A DNA stretch of 63,871 nt, counting the filler, from Hausera hauseri (Eukaryota), in assembly GCA_046269625.1 (NCBI GenBank). It is 13 parts of 13 records of this genome, joined end to end, with 100 filler letters (N's around TTAATTAATTAA, not from the genome) between each part and the next. Parts side by side here need not be neighbours in the genome. Positions count along the whole stretch, not along the records: positions 1 to 4,437 come from JBJURY010581889.1; positions 4,538 to 10,674 come from JBJURY010135317.1; positions 10,775 to 14,938 come from JBJURY010726880.1; 10 more parts are not named here. One strand, written 5' to 3'. Of the stretch, positions 1 to 11,893 are shown one piece after another (position 1 is the first letter of the stretch; every line of letters starts with the position of its first letter). The notes beneath the pieces are model-generated. The model was not told where the DNA came from and ran no database searches. It was given only the letters and a program-made list of their open reading frames with translations. The position numbers and the translations under genes were made by a program.

Positions 1-60
1 AATAACGACTTGTGGCGCCGCTTTGTCAAATATACATAATTCAGATTTTGCAGATGCCAT
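1..60 (-). CDS. N-terminus of Maverick major capsid protein (hexon-like), truncated by window edge
   Basis: Translates as MASAKSELCIFDKAAPQVVI, matching the KSELDLF..P.TQ..I N-terminal motif of Maverick major capsid proteins. Lies in the expected position after the pVI-like gene. Confidence 0.65.
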   Translation of the reverse strand, partial: MASAKSELCIFDKAAPQVVI

Positions 61-71
61 TTGTCTGTCAA

Positions 72-431
72 TCAATCAATCGAAAATCGTACGACGACGA
101 CGATGACGTTCGTTGATGAACTCGATGATGCTCTACGGCGTTTTCTTAAGCCACTACCAGCGTATTGTTTTTTGACTAATTCAACTACTCCCGGTAGAGA
201 ACTTTTTATTTCTGTCAAGGCGTATTCTTTCAGTGATGGTAAAATCGATTTATTTTCATATAGTACATCCTCTGTTGTTTTGCTGCCACGGCTCCAATAC
301 GCTTCAACACCGGAAATGCTAAACGTGCCAATGTACTCAACCATCGAGAGCCGCACTTTATCAACGAAATATGGCAGTTCATCGCCTTGCTGGGGACTAC
401 TGTCAATGGAAACGATTTCGGAATCAATAAT
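72..431 (-). pseudogene. Maverick amphipathic pVI/cupiennin-like virion protein (frameshifted)
   Basis: Joining frames gives QQGDELPYFV...GSRWLSTLARLAFPVLKRIGAVAAK...QYAGSGLRKRRR. Copy B reads QQDGELPYFVG*QYGCGWLRTLARLAFPALKRIG. Confidence 0.65.
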
Positions 432-432
432 G

Positions 433-1470
433 TTAGATTCGACAGAAATGAAGAGTCAGAGAGATTGTGGTACCGTACGGAAATTCGATAAGATAGCCCA
501 CGTAATATCTGATATTGACTTCAACATGGTTTATAAATGTAGTTTCCACAGGTAGGTACACTGGATTATGGAGCTTGACAGTGACATTGGCGCAAACAGT
601 ATATTTGCTACTTTCCGGATAAATAGCACGGAATAGCGGTACATGTACTGCACCGACCAAAATCGGTTCGGTGACGTTCACATACATGTACATTTGGCTT
701 AGACCAGTTTTCATTTTGGGTGTACGTGTTGCAACATGTGCCGCCGGCGTCTTTGTAGCGTTGTTTTTCGAAACCAGAAACCATGGCCAAAGCTTTGTTC
801 AATGAAATGTCAACAGTATCCTTAGCCAGTTCAAATTTAATGTACCCATTTGCATCTGACTCGAAAACTTTAAATATGGCTTTGTACTTTTCATTTGAAG
901 AAGAAAAGTGTTGACAGAGTTGTGCTACAGATTCGCAATATACATTGCTTTCAATCGACACGTATGACGTTGACACCGTTTCTGTTGTATAGGTAAATTT
1001 TAGCGTTGTCTGGTAATATACAGGATTAATCTTGGATCAACTATATATTCACTTTTATTATGTTTACCTTTGTACTCTATTTTTGAGTCCAAATTTCTGC
1101 GCCATCTCAGAGGACTCAAAGGTAACATAAAGTTCAAAATCTGCCATAAAATGTAAGTTTTAATCTAAAATAAAAACACCGATTTTGCACTGTGAACCGT
1201 AATTTGCTTTGGTCGTGCAAATGGTCGATTTTCCAACTCTTATTTTATTGTTAGTAATTGTCAGAAGACAAGAATGTCTTTTGGTTTCAGGAACATTCTT
1301 GTACGTTATTTTCATACAACCTTTCAATGTCACCGGTGCGTAGGGAAAGTTAAATTATGCCAGTGCAACCTCCCATTTTCCAGATAAATCCAAAGGATTG
1401 TTCCAGTCTACAACGTATTCACTGGCTGAATTGTTTGGACGATTCGTAAATACCTATATCCACAATGATG
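433..1470 (-). pseudogene. Maverick minor capsid (penton-like) protein 2
   Basis: N-terminal NNSASEYVVDWNNPLDL.GKWEVAL and C-terminal EPILVG...LFRAI...NPVYLPV...ISLTLHF motifs; frameshifted. Confidence 0.75.
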
Positions 1471-1496
1471 TCAATGATGACTATGCAATTTGTTTA

Positions 1497-2548
1497 TTAT
1501 CGACGTTGACGATGTCGAAAATGTAACGTCAAAGGTGTCGTTGACCCACACAGAAATTTAATGGGTTTCCAAAATTTGTCTACTATATACACGAAAATGC
1601 TGCGCAACATTGTGAGACAACGATAGATACATGGGCCGGATGATATTTACGTGAGCAGTTTTACACGGTGTTTTGTACGTGTTCGAATCCAGTTCGATAG
1701 AAGGCAGTAGTTGTTTACGGTCTCCACCAACATATACGGGTTCGGTTAGATTTGTTAAAATATTTATTCGATGAAATGCTTCGTAGATACATGGTTTATG
1801 TTTAGCAACAATAGGCCGTCCGCCGCCGGTTTGACCGAATTTTCGTTTCTTAAAAACCATATTCCGTGCTAATAGTTCATCAAAGGCAAAATATGTACCA
1901 CTGTCATGTATTGTAAACGAAATAGGACCATCAGAGTTTAATTCAAATGTCCTGAGAGCCAATTTAGCTACAATCTTGATGGTTGCGCACAATTCTGTTT
2001 CTGCTTCCGTAAGAAACCCAGTTCCTCTTGTATTAGATTAAAAGAATTATACAGTCTTTTGCCAGTTCACTGTAATATCGGTGGTTTTCATGGTGTTTTT
2101 CACTAATTATACTATGTCCACCGAGCTGTAGACTATTAAAGCGCACATTGACAGATTGAAAACCTCATGCCTGAGCATCGGCTAGTGATTTAAGTCGCAA
2201 TTCAATCGGATGTTTGTGATTTAGCACAAATCGATTGTTTAAATGAAAAATATAAACCGGGAAATTTTGCCGCTTGTAATTGCGAACGTGAAATGTTCCA
2301 CTAGAGACTCGGATTAACTGTACACGACTAGATGCAGGAAATTGTCTTACTAGAATATAGTATATTCCATTGTTCTCACGTATTTTTATTGGTGAAAATG
2401 TAAATTTGAATTCAACCAAAGCCATTTCCCAGGCTCCCTGGCGTAAGTCGAGGAGCTAGTCCAACGCCATGGTAAAACGTTCAGCAGTATTGTTGTTGTT
2501 TTTGTCATGTCCTGATCTCTTACTATCGAGTACCAAATGAATGCTCAT
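1497..2548 (-). pseudogene. Maverick minor capsid (penton-like) protein 1
   Basis: N-terminal MSIHLVLDS...DLRQGAWEMALVEF and C-terminal EPVYVGGDRKQLL...PMYLSL...LTLHFR motifs; stops and frameshifts. Confidence 0.75.
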
Positions 2549-3558
2549 CACTCAATCTGCGATGCAAATATCCAACTCGGTGCAGTGTATCCATGCCACT
2601 TGACGCGATATTGTTTATTCGAACCTTTGTCGCGTGAACGTAGAATTTCCTTAATACGATATACATCGGGTTTCTCGGGTAGTACCTGCAGTTCCTGTTC
2701 GTAGAATTTACCGCGTATATCCTCACCGGTTTCATCCTCTAAAACGTACATGACAGGTGTTTGTTTTGTGTTGATTGCCGAAATGCGGAAAACCTCGTCG
2801 CTCCAGTTTTGATTGAAGTTCTTAATGAATGGTGTCGTACTCAGCTTTGAAATACATATATAATCACCGATTTTATACTTGGGGCGTTTAGTTGGTCGTC
2901 GTTGTGTTCGATTTTGGTAAAGCCACATGTCCAAATCATCGATTACATCCACCGGCGGTAATCCATTGATGCCACGGTGTATCGAATGATTGTATGCATG
3001 GATAGTATCTGGCAGTACATCTACCCAGCGTTTTTTGCCTTGCCTCCTAAAGAATTTGTTAAGGCAATCGATTAAATCGTTCAGCAAGTGCAGCCTTGTA
3101 TTTGGAAAACACCGAGTAGTGGTTTACTCTGAACCGTTTGAAGACGGCTGCAACGTGGGCGTTTGTAAATGCTTCGGCTGTTGTTGTATCAGTGTCTGAA
3201 CAGCGTCGGCAATCTCTTTACCGGATTTAGATTTCACAGCAAAAACGATTAAGCACATCAATACATATCAGCACGTACCGATACCCATCATTGGTGTTGG
3301 CGTACGGAATCATTTCCATCAGATCCATTTGCCATACGTTATTTACACCGGCAACACGGTATGCACGAGTTGGAAACCGTTTTTTATCGGTTTGTTTAGG
3401 CTGTATGCTAATTGTTTCCCAAGCCAACGTTGGCTCTGTTGCCGAATCTCTTTGACAGTCTTTGCCAGTTTGTCGACACCAGTATGCTCAACGGGATGAC
3501 GCGGGTTGAACCACACGTTGCCCATCGTTGTCATCGATGGTGCCGGTTTTGTGTGCAT
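2548..3558 (-). pseudogene. Maverick rve (retroviral-like) integrase with C-terminal chromodomain
   Basis: WQMDLMEM...YRYVLICIDV, YNHSIHRGI, NWSDEVFRI, GKFYEQEL, and chromodomain YRIKEIL...QYRVKWHGY...SWI. Confidence 0.9.
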
Positions 3559-3664
3559 TACAACAATTAGAACGAAATGGAAATGAAAGATTTGGTAAAC
3601 TGGAACAGAATGATGAAAACCATGCACCCATATCGCAAATCACCATATACTTACCGTCATTGTA

Positions 3665-3984
3665 TTAAACTGTTCCGCCAATGAGTCCAACCATTAATTA
3701 CGTGACAACTGGTAGAATTGCACCAAGGAATCCTGTCTTGCTGGTACATGACCTCGCTTCAGTCGTTTACTACAAGTGTTGGCAAGGCCAATGAGTCGTT
3801 TTCGATACTTTCGTAAATTCAGCTTCCTACTATTAATATCAATGTGACCCACAAGGATATTGTATAAAATTTCTGTCAAATCGTCTACTACAAATTGCGG
3901 GAATGATCGCAGCATGTTCCTCTTATGTCTCGTAGGTGCCTTGAACAAAGCAATAAAGTACGGCTGACTATGTTTGAATCGCAT
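3665..3984 (-). pseudogene. Maverick pX-like small core protein
   Basis: EILYNILVGHI...LRKYRKRL followed, after a frameshift, by a GFLGAILPVV...IGGTV tail resembling the adenovirus pX GG(F/I)LP hydrophobic tail. Confidence 0.65.
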
Positions 3985-4192
3985 TTTTAGGACGTATTGA
4001 TGCTGATGAGACGTAAATAGTTTATAACTGTTGCCACTGACGGTAATTTGCGTCTAGTTGCTGTTCGAAGCACAGAATTAATCGCTTGACTGTAGCGGCG
4101 GTTCGTTTTGATACACGTTTCTTTCCGGATATAAGCTTTGTAGGTTTACGTTTAAGAATCGTTTTTCGCAAATTCTTCATTTTTGTCATAAT

Positions 4193-4437
4193 CATGTCGT
4201 AAGTTTTCGAATTGGTTTATAGACACATGCACCTTTCTGATTGGAAATGTCTGTTCGTACACGCATGTCATCGGGCCACTTGTTTAAAGTCAATGAAGAA
4301 TATCTGTGTGGCTCGGTCGTAGCATCATGATATGCATCTATCAAGTAGGCTTGGTTGTGAGGAAATGCTTATCGTGCAACATAATCAATGATAGTCTGAT
4401 CACGGGGATTTTTGAACAACACCAAATAGTGTACGTT
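4193..4437 (-). pseudogene. A32/FtsK-like packaging ATPase, 3' part
   Basis: HYLVLFKNPRDQ...AYHDAT...MRVRTDI; homologous to the 3' part of 43586-44201. Confidence 0.8.
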
Positions 4438-4537
4438 NNNNNNNNNNNNNNNNNNNNNNNNNNNNNNNNNNNNNNNNNNNNTTAATTAATTAANNNNNNN
4501 NNNNNNNNNNNNNNNNNNNNNNNNNNNNNNNNNNNNN
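4438..4537. other. Artificial contig spacer
   Basis: 44 N + TTAATTAATTAA (stops in all six frames) + 44 N. Confidence 0.98.
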
Positions 4538-4640
4538 AGATAATTGTTATACAAACTTTTATAATAAATTTCTTATGCATAATTCAATCTTACAATCATC
4601 GAGTGACGTTGAGGACGGAATGGTAGAAACGCGATCTACT
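4538..4640 (+). mobile_element. LTR end, primer-binding-site region and gag start (MVETR) of the Gypsy family seen at 24361-28100
   Basis: taattgttatacaaacttttataataaatttcttatgcataattcaatcttaca...gttgaggacggaATGGTAGAAACGCGA aligns by eye with the reverse complement of about 28000-28100. Confidence 0.75.
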
Positions 4641-4712
4641 AACAATAATAATAATAATAATAGTAATTGTTATTATTCTTATTATTATATTTATTTATTA
4701 ATTATTATTATT
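4640..4712. repeat. (AAT)n/(TAT)n microsatellite
   Basis: Direct reading. Confidence 0.8.
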
Positions 4713-5649
4713 GTCAATCTGTATAAAAATGAGATTCTCTCCATTTTGGTGTTATATTTTGTCGAACGTTGAAGTCAATTTATTCATAAATGTTTGTAGC
4801 TCCAAGAAGGTATGAAATTTGTAGTCAGTTTGTCACATTCGCAACGCGTGTTGCAAATATATAGTAAACAGACCAAGGCGAAGTATAGTCAGTGTACTGG
4901 CCATTAAAATATGATACTGGTCAGATTATTACTTCGGATGAAGGGAAAGGACATCGCAAGATACGGATGAACGTATATTGAATTGGAAAATTGGGAAACA
5001 TGCAGGTCGTAACTTTATTTTGTACAAGAGCTCTGAATCAGCTCAATAAAAACACCAAAATAAGATATGTTAATGCAAAGACGGGGACGAATAAAAAGAA
5101 AGTGAAAACGAAAACAAGTACTACGAGAAACGTTTATTAGAGTAACTTAGTTCGTTCGCGAAGGCGTACGACTCCTCGGTTGAGGATAGGGACGTTTTCG
5201 ATCTGCAACGTCGATGCGGAGCAATCGTCTGAGCTAAATCTAATCTGCCTCATTAGTCGCTTCCAAAGAGATCGGTTGTAGGGGATCAGATGGCTTTTTG
5301 ATGCGACCAGCGATTCGAAAAGGTGGTCTACCGCAGCTATCAGTCTAATAAAGACCACCAGAATTACCTATGAATCGAAGAGTTGCGACTCTCTCCGTCG
5401 ACGTAGAAGCGGTCGAGGGTAGCGACAAGAAGAGAGTGGGTGTTGTTTTCATGCAATATGCTGAGGTTCCGAACGAGATGACTCCACTGCAGTAGCTTAC
5501 ATACCGTGCTGGTCTAATTTCCATCTGTCGCCGCTGTATGCGCTGACCGGCTGCGGGACGGTTGGTGCAGTATCTAGCGGTTTGTTCTTGGGCTGAAGCA
5601 TAGCTGTCCTTATAGAGACGCAGACACGAATATGGTGTTTTAAATGATC

Positions 5650-6155
5650 AAGGCTGCGAAGACATTCTATATTACGAACAGAAAGGATGAAAACTGATAG
5701 TCATTCCAAAAGGATTACCAACCGAAGTTTTAATGGCAGAACACGATCCATACCTAGTAGGACACATGCAGTGGAAAAAGACTGGAAAGAATAGTGAATA
5801 AATACTTTTGGCCCAGTATCTACATTGATGTAAAGAATTGGGTAAATGTTTGTGAAGTATGTGCAACTAAACAGAAAAAAGGAAAAACTATATGGCAGAA
5901 TTAAAACCGATCAACGTGCCAGACAGGCCTATGAAAGCTATGTCGATTGGTATTATAGGACCGTTACCTACGATCTACAAAATTAATACATGTATCTTAA
6001 CCTGTATTGATCGGCTAACTCATTTTATCGAGTTGGTAGCGCTAACCGATCAAAAGGCGGAAACTTTGGAAGAAGAGGTAGTGAGAAAAATTATTTGCCG
6101 ATATGGAACCCCGGATCAAATATTGACGGATCGAGGAAGAAACTTTACAAGCGAT
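5650..6155 (+). pseudogene. pol: Ty3/Gypsy integrase fragment
   Basis: LKPINVPDRPMKAMSIGIIGPLP...CIDRLTHFIEL...TDRGRNFTS; close paralog of about 48430-48930. Confidence 0.88.
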
Positions 6156-6159
6156 TCGC

Positions 6160-6565
6160 AAAAATTAAAATGATTTTTCTTTTGAATTTGATTAGATATC
6201 CGAAAGAAACGGGAATTTTTATCGGGTAATAATTTTTGTTAAGCGATGTGGGGTATGGTGCCAAATTTGTTCTTAAAATTATGTTACTTTCATTAGTAAC
6301 TATTCGTTTGGCAGCGGGGTGTAAAAATATGTTTGACAGAATTGCATTTATTTTTAGCTTGATTTAGCTTCGTGGTGCGGCGTAAAATTTTAACTGAGTG
6401 TTCATACTAAAAGTAGCGAGCACTGCATGATTACAGATTTAATTTTAAATATTACACAACTAATGGAATTCGAGTTATTTTTATCACTAAACCGCATTAG
6501 CAGTAAACCGCAAGTCGAAAACAAAAATTTAATTTTAGATCGCATTCCTAACATCTTCTCCCCTC
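6160..6565 (-). repeat. Polypurine tract and putative 3' LTR of the minus-strand Gypsy element
   Basis: Minus strand GAGGGGAGAAGA (6565-6554) immediately followed by TGTTAGG at 6553. The distal LTR boundary is uncertain. Confidence 0.55.
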
Positions 6566-6899
6566 GTAAAATTTAAACTTTGCGAAATCAATTGTCGAAA
6601 CAAAACAAAATGTAAATAAGTAGAGAAATTTAGTAAAAATGGATCATAATTAGATTATGTCAATGTACTAAGAAAAAGTAATATGATACATAATACTTAA
6701 AAGAGTGAAGAAAAAGGGTTAATCACAAATTGTTTGTCAAATGTGTTAAAGCCATTGTTATCTGGAACTCTGGCGTCAGCACTGCAACACTGGGTTGGGG
6801 TTTTTGGACGGGAATTTGGTTACCCGGCAGTGTTTATATCTGTATGAGGATATCATTACCTTTTCCTTATTTCACTTTTAGTTTGTTTTTTTCTTTTGA

Positions 6900-9800
6900 T
6901 TCCATATATATTTTCTAATGTACATCCTTCGTCATTATGATATAGAAGCATTTGAGTTTTTTGATTTTCTTTCATGTTGAATGGTTTACCTTTCCTTGAA
7001 TTAGGAAAGGGTACAATATTCATCTGCATTGGAATAGGTTGTTTCGTTAGTATGGGTTTGTCCCACCCAGATGTAGGGTGTTATACACTATGTTTTTGTA
7101 CACTATGCCAACTATATTTCCAAATGTGAGATTTGGTATTATCTGGTTGTTTTCCTTTATTGCTATTGTTAGTTCTGGGAGATCTGATTAATATCTGATA
7201 ACCTTCTTCAAATATTATTATTGATAGTTCTATTTTAAGAATTTTTGAGAATTCTTTAAGTTTTCTAATACCTTGTGCGTTTGGATGTTCAAATAATCCA
7301 TAGCGGTCTGGTTTTACATCTTTATTGGCAACATTTGATTGAAATTGTTCCATTTTGTAATTTACATGATAATTCTCTTTGATTTTCATAAATGAACCAA
7401 TTGTTTATTTGGTTGTTCGGTGTAGGCATCCATTCGAATTCCCACTTTTCGTTGGAACAGGCAGGTATGAATTTCAATTATCATTTGGATTATTGATTCC
7501 ACTGTCTTTGGAAAATCTTGATGGATTACATAAACCTTAGGAAATAGTGTTAGATTAATTTTCAATCCCCTTTCTGCAAATATAATTTTTGTATTTGATA
7601 TTGTTAACAAATCGAGCATTTCATACATTAATTTGTGGGGATACGTAATATTTTGAAGATTGTGCTTGTATTGACACTTATTATTGTGTATCCAAATAGA
7701 AATATCACTAATTCGTTACGGACGTCTTCATCATCTGCTTCTTGTATCATCTTTAGTGAAAGACCATGATTGTGTTCGTTTGTATTTTCAATTCTTTTTC
7801 TAGGATTAATGTATACATGATAGATGATTAGATTTTGGATCCCCATGGGAAGCGTATGCTAGAGATACTAAAAATATCTATAATTAAGAGTTGTAGTTAA
7901 CGGATAATTACAAATTTCTTTATTTGGTGGAATTTGTTTGAAAACTGGTAATTGGAGATTCACATTGATATTTAGTTCATCGCAAATTTCTATTCCAAAC
8001 ACTACTGGTGTTAGTAGTATTTTGAAATAGATACGCGTTTGACAACATGGTACTTTAATCTTCATTGAGCCTTTTGGTACCATTAGTGAAGTCCTTAGAC
8101 TATTGCCATCATAGTTGTCGGCATGTGCACGAAGCTAAATGTTTCTTCGTGCTACATGAAGATATATTTTCTCTGCTAATGGAGTGAGCTGTAACACATT
8201 ATTTAGGCTGACATTATACGCCACATCCTCAATTTTTATTATACGGAATGAGCGATTATTAATTATGTGCATGTTTAATGCATTGTCTAAATACCTGCAT
8301 TCTGGATAGAATATGTCTGATGAATACGTACTCTTTCCTGCGTCGTGGAGAGTGATGAACTTTTTGTGGAGTTTGACCCATGGACGATTTTTAATTCTTA
8401 TTCGCTTTCTTTAAAAGTCATTTCTATCTGTTTTTGTAGTTTTCGTCTTTTGACTTTAGGAAGGTCATCTATAGAGAGTGACTTTCTTCCGATTTCTATC
8501 GCTGATTTTTTTCTCAGTTTAGTTTCCATAGAAACTTTGATTTAAATTTTTCTTCTGGTAGAAATACCTGTTGAGGTGGAATAATCCTTCTTTTAGGGTT
8601 AGATATCGCATATATGATCGATTCATTTGAACTTGAATATTTTTCTTCATCGGAATGGTCTTGTCGTGATGTGACTCTTGTTTTAGAGTTAGGGATCACA
8701 GATTGAGTTGATTCGGCATTGAGATCGATATCGTTCCACGGTATTTCGGTTGAATTTTTGTCTGAAAAAGGAAAGATTGATTACGGTTTTCATTATATAG
8801 CGCGTGTGTGCATATTTCATTTATTTGTAAATAGTTAAGTTTCATTGGTTCATTACTGACTGTTTCTAGAATTAAATTCTATTAATTCATCATTTACTGG
8901 TGAACTTCGTGTGTTTTTGAATAATGCGTTGAGTTGTTATTAATATTTTCAAACTTTTGGCCTTTAAGACGTTCACTGCCAATTTCCCCTTTCCATTTAT
9001 ATTAACAAAGCACACTACACTTGTAATAAATGACAGGGTTCTATTCATAATATTACACTTTTTCTTACATTTTTTAATGTTTATTATGGTGAATGGTAGG
9101 GAAATTAGCAGTAAAAGTGCTATTATTATAGTAAATGGTATTATGGTTTTCAGAGGGTTGAAGGTAATACCATTTTGCTAGCTGTTGTTAATGGTGTTGG
9201 TGTAGACCAAATTTTCTTGTATTAGGTACTTTTGGATTTTAGTTCGAGTCCTAATGGTATGGTATTTGGCTCCTGCTTGATCTTGTGTGAAAATAATTAA
9301 ATATTCTTCTCGTTGACGACCAGTAAATCTAGCAATTTTTTCGTTGCTTTATTAGAACTTATTTAAATTTAATATATACATTTGACGTTTTAATATTAAT
9401 TTCTGGTACTTTACCAAAATTATAAGCATTAAGTTCCTAATTCTCATTTTCTATCGGTTCTGGTGTTGTCATTGGTGCTAATCCAAAGAATTGCATTATT
9501 GACATTCGAATATGGAAACATAAGGCCACTTTACCTGATTTATGTCTAAAAAATCTGGGTAAGTAATATATTATTTCAAAGTGGACTTCATTTGTCAATA
9601 TTGGTCTTTTTATAGTAATTTTGTTTATAAATGTCGGTACATAGTCTTTCTTTTGACCAAATGAAAAAGTTTGTTGAAATTTCTCGATATATATTTGACT
9701 TGCAATAGGTGTGGATTTGCGTTCTTTTTGTAAAAGTTCCTGTATTGTGAAGTAGAAAAATTGATAAAACATGTTCTAGTTACAGTTCTAATACATCTTT

Positions 9801-10135
9801 TAGTTAATAGCCAAATGTCAGTTTCTTTTGAGGGTAATATCAGTTGAGAATTATCTTTAAAGATTGGTTCACCTGGAAATAATTTCTGTACTATTGTGTC
9901 ACTTAGTGGTCTCCATTTCACGTTTACTAGTAATTCTAGACCTGTCATTATCGGATTTGTTTCCAACAGTTGTCCTGTGGCTGATAATATTAAGCCAAAA
10001 ATATTACTTTGAAAAGTAATTGTTCAAGGCTGTATGTTGCCTTTAAAACTGGCTGTTTAGCTGATCTAAATGATTATCGCGGCTCTTCTATTGCTTTAAT
10101 TTCTTTTGGTCCTTTTGTGACTCGTTGAGCGGATA
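6900..10135 (-). pseudogene. Long decayed post-integrase coding region with signal-like and transmembrane segments
   Basis: VSAQRV...LLFKVIFLA*ILSATG (signal-like), ORF fragments, TM IIPFTIIIALLLLISLPFTII (9144-9082) followed by KKCKKKC, and further ORF fragments down to about 6900. Confidence 0.5.
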
Positions 10136-10674
10136 CACATTCAGTCCTAGTGTTTTTACCAGTTCCTTTTTCTATAAATATGTTTTTGGGCGTAATTTTA
10201 CTACTAAATAAGGTACTTTGCCTGTGCGTGTTAATTTTAATGATTTTTCGGGTTTAGCTACTGGGTAATGTACCATTACTTTATCTCCTGGTTGAAATTT
10301 ATGGGGTTTAGCTTTTTTATTATGATACTCTTGATAGTCTTGTTTATATTGTTTGATTGCTTGCTTAGCTTTCTTCCAACAGTTTGCAAAACTGTTTACA
10401 ACGCTTTCATGTATTTCTGCATCATATTGATCTTCAGCTATTTCTTTTCCTGGTAATAACTGGATATTCATTGGCAATAGTGGTTTTCTGCCATACATTT
10501 ACTCAAATGGCGTATATTCTGATGAGCTAGTAGGTGTAGTTGCAATTGCAAACTGCACAACTTTTAAGTGGATATCCCAATCATTTTGCGTCTTGTCTAT
10601 CCTGGCTGATAGTATACATTGCACTGTATAGTTCAGTCTTTCGACTTTACCATTGCATTGAGGATGGTATGCTG
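10135..10674 (-). pseudogene. pol: Ty3/Gypsy integrase C-terminal part
   Basis: MYGRKPLLP...FQPGDKVMVHYP...SLKLTRTGKVPY (GPY/F module). Confidence 0.85.
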
Positions 10675-10774
10675 NNNNNNNNNNNNNNNNNNNNNNNNNN
10701 NNNNNNNNNNNNNNNNNNTTAATTAATTAANNNNNNNNNNNNNNNNNNNNNNNNNNNNNNNNNNNNNNNNNNNN
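10675..10774. other. Artificial contig spacer
   Basis: 44 N + TTAATTAATTAA + 44 N. Confidence 0.98.
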
Positions 10775-11250
10775 ACGCCATGGGCCTTCAGAAGCCTTCT
10801 GAATTCTTGCGCACATCTTTGTCTCACCTCAATACCCTTGGCGTAACATCTCAGAATAGTCCAGAACTTCGTCGTCGTTACTTTTTAAGTGCATTGCCCC
10901 TTCAAATAAGAACTCTACTTACTGTGGTCGAAGACTCCACTGCACTGGAAAAGTTAGCCGAACTGGCGGAGAAAACCTATTAAGTGCTGCACACACACGC
11001 AGTACCAACTGTCTCTGCGGTATTAGCAACAAAGCACCAACAACAAAGTGCAATGCTGCAACAACAAACTGCGCAATTACGCACAGAGAACGAAATTTTG
11101 CAAAAAAATTAATAACATAAACGAGAAATTAAATGAGTTACCGCTACCTCGACGAGGTTTTTCTAGGACTGCTTCCCCTAATGTTTTTCATCAACGTCAA
11201 ACACGGTCGTCCTTAAATGCATTAGTGGAAGGTAATATGGGGAATGTAAG
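10775..11250 (+). pseudogene. gag: CsRn1-like Gypsy Gag, C-terminal fragment
   Basis: QKPSEFLR...RRYFLSALPLQIRTLL...LEKLAELAEK; paralog of about 54640-54851. Confidence 0.75.
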
Positions 11251-11252
11251 CC

Positions 11253-11893
11253 TCAAATAACTTTTAGGAGGCGATCCTGTATGTTAATTTTATCATTTCT
11301 TTCACCGTCATCCATTTGTCGAGGAAAATTTAACTCTGTTTTGTGATCAGATTGCGCTGATTTATTCGAAACATCCTTCTCAGTTCCATTTAAATAATCG
11401 CGAATCTTTTTGAAATTAGTTTCATCGATGGTCGACACATCGGCGACATCAAACTCGAATAATGGCGATTCCCAACGATTAGTTGCTGTAGGGAACTCGT
11501 ATTTCGATACCAGTAATTCAAATAAATCACCAGGATATTGTTTGCTTGTATTTTCTTCTTGGCCATTTCTCAATCGGCATACATCGGCATTCGTATTGCA
11601 ATGCACGATACAACTTGGCGTACCTCTAGATTTAGCAATGGTGAACAGTTCATAACGAAAGCCTCTTGTGTAATTCAAAGAATCAATAATCACCAGGGAT
11701 TTTAATTTTCCTCTTAATTCCATCTCTGATTGTGTTTTTTATATAACAGTGTTTTACGAAGTGTCAAATCACAGTTATTATCGGATACTATTAGCACTTT
11801 CCGATTTTCATTTGCTTCCAGATGTGTTTTAAGTTTCTCGGCTATCACCGATTTGCCAGAAAATGGGTAACTAGTTAGAATTACAAGAGGCAT
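11253..11893 (-). pseudogene. KTI12: KTI12 (Elongator-associated P-loop protein) pseudogene, intronless
   Basis: MPLVILTSYPFSGKS P-loop start at 11893, a frameshift near 11730, then IIDSLNYTRGFRYELF and YEFP...NRWESPLF. Short internal deletion and missing C-terminus. Confidence 0.88.

Larger units (their letters stand above)
1..4437 (-). mobile_element. Maverick/Polinton (adintovirus-like) element, copy A, partial and decayed
   Basis: Minus-strand gene order: packaging ATPase, pX-like, rve integrase with chromodomain, two minor capsid genes, amphipathic pVI/cupiennin-like protein, major capsid start. Collinear with 39615-44201. Confidence 0.88.

Noticed and set aside
61-555. 164-aa plus-strand ORF
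   Set aside because: Antisense to the Maverick pVI-like and penton genes.
2548-2670. Chromodomain on the integrase as a novelty
   Set aside because: Already a known feature of Maverick integrases.
4482-4493. Recurrent TTAATTAATTAA as a biological motif
   Set aside because: Always centred in N runs of identical length; an assembly linker.
5137-5620. GC-richer segment with a short minus-strand ORF
   Set aside because: Only a trivial SASTL match to the 30295-30762 ORF; insufficient evidence.
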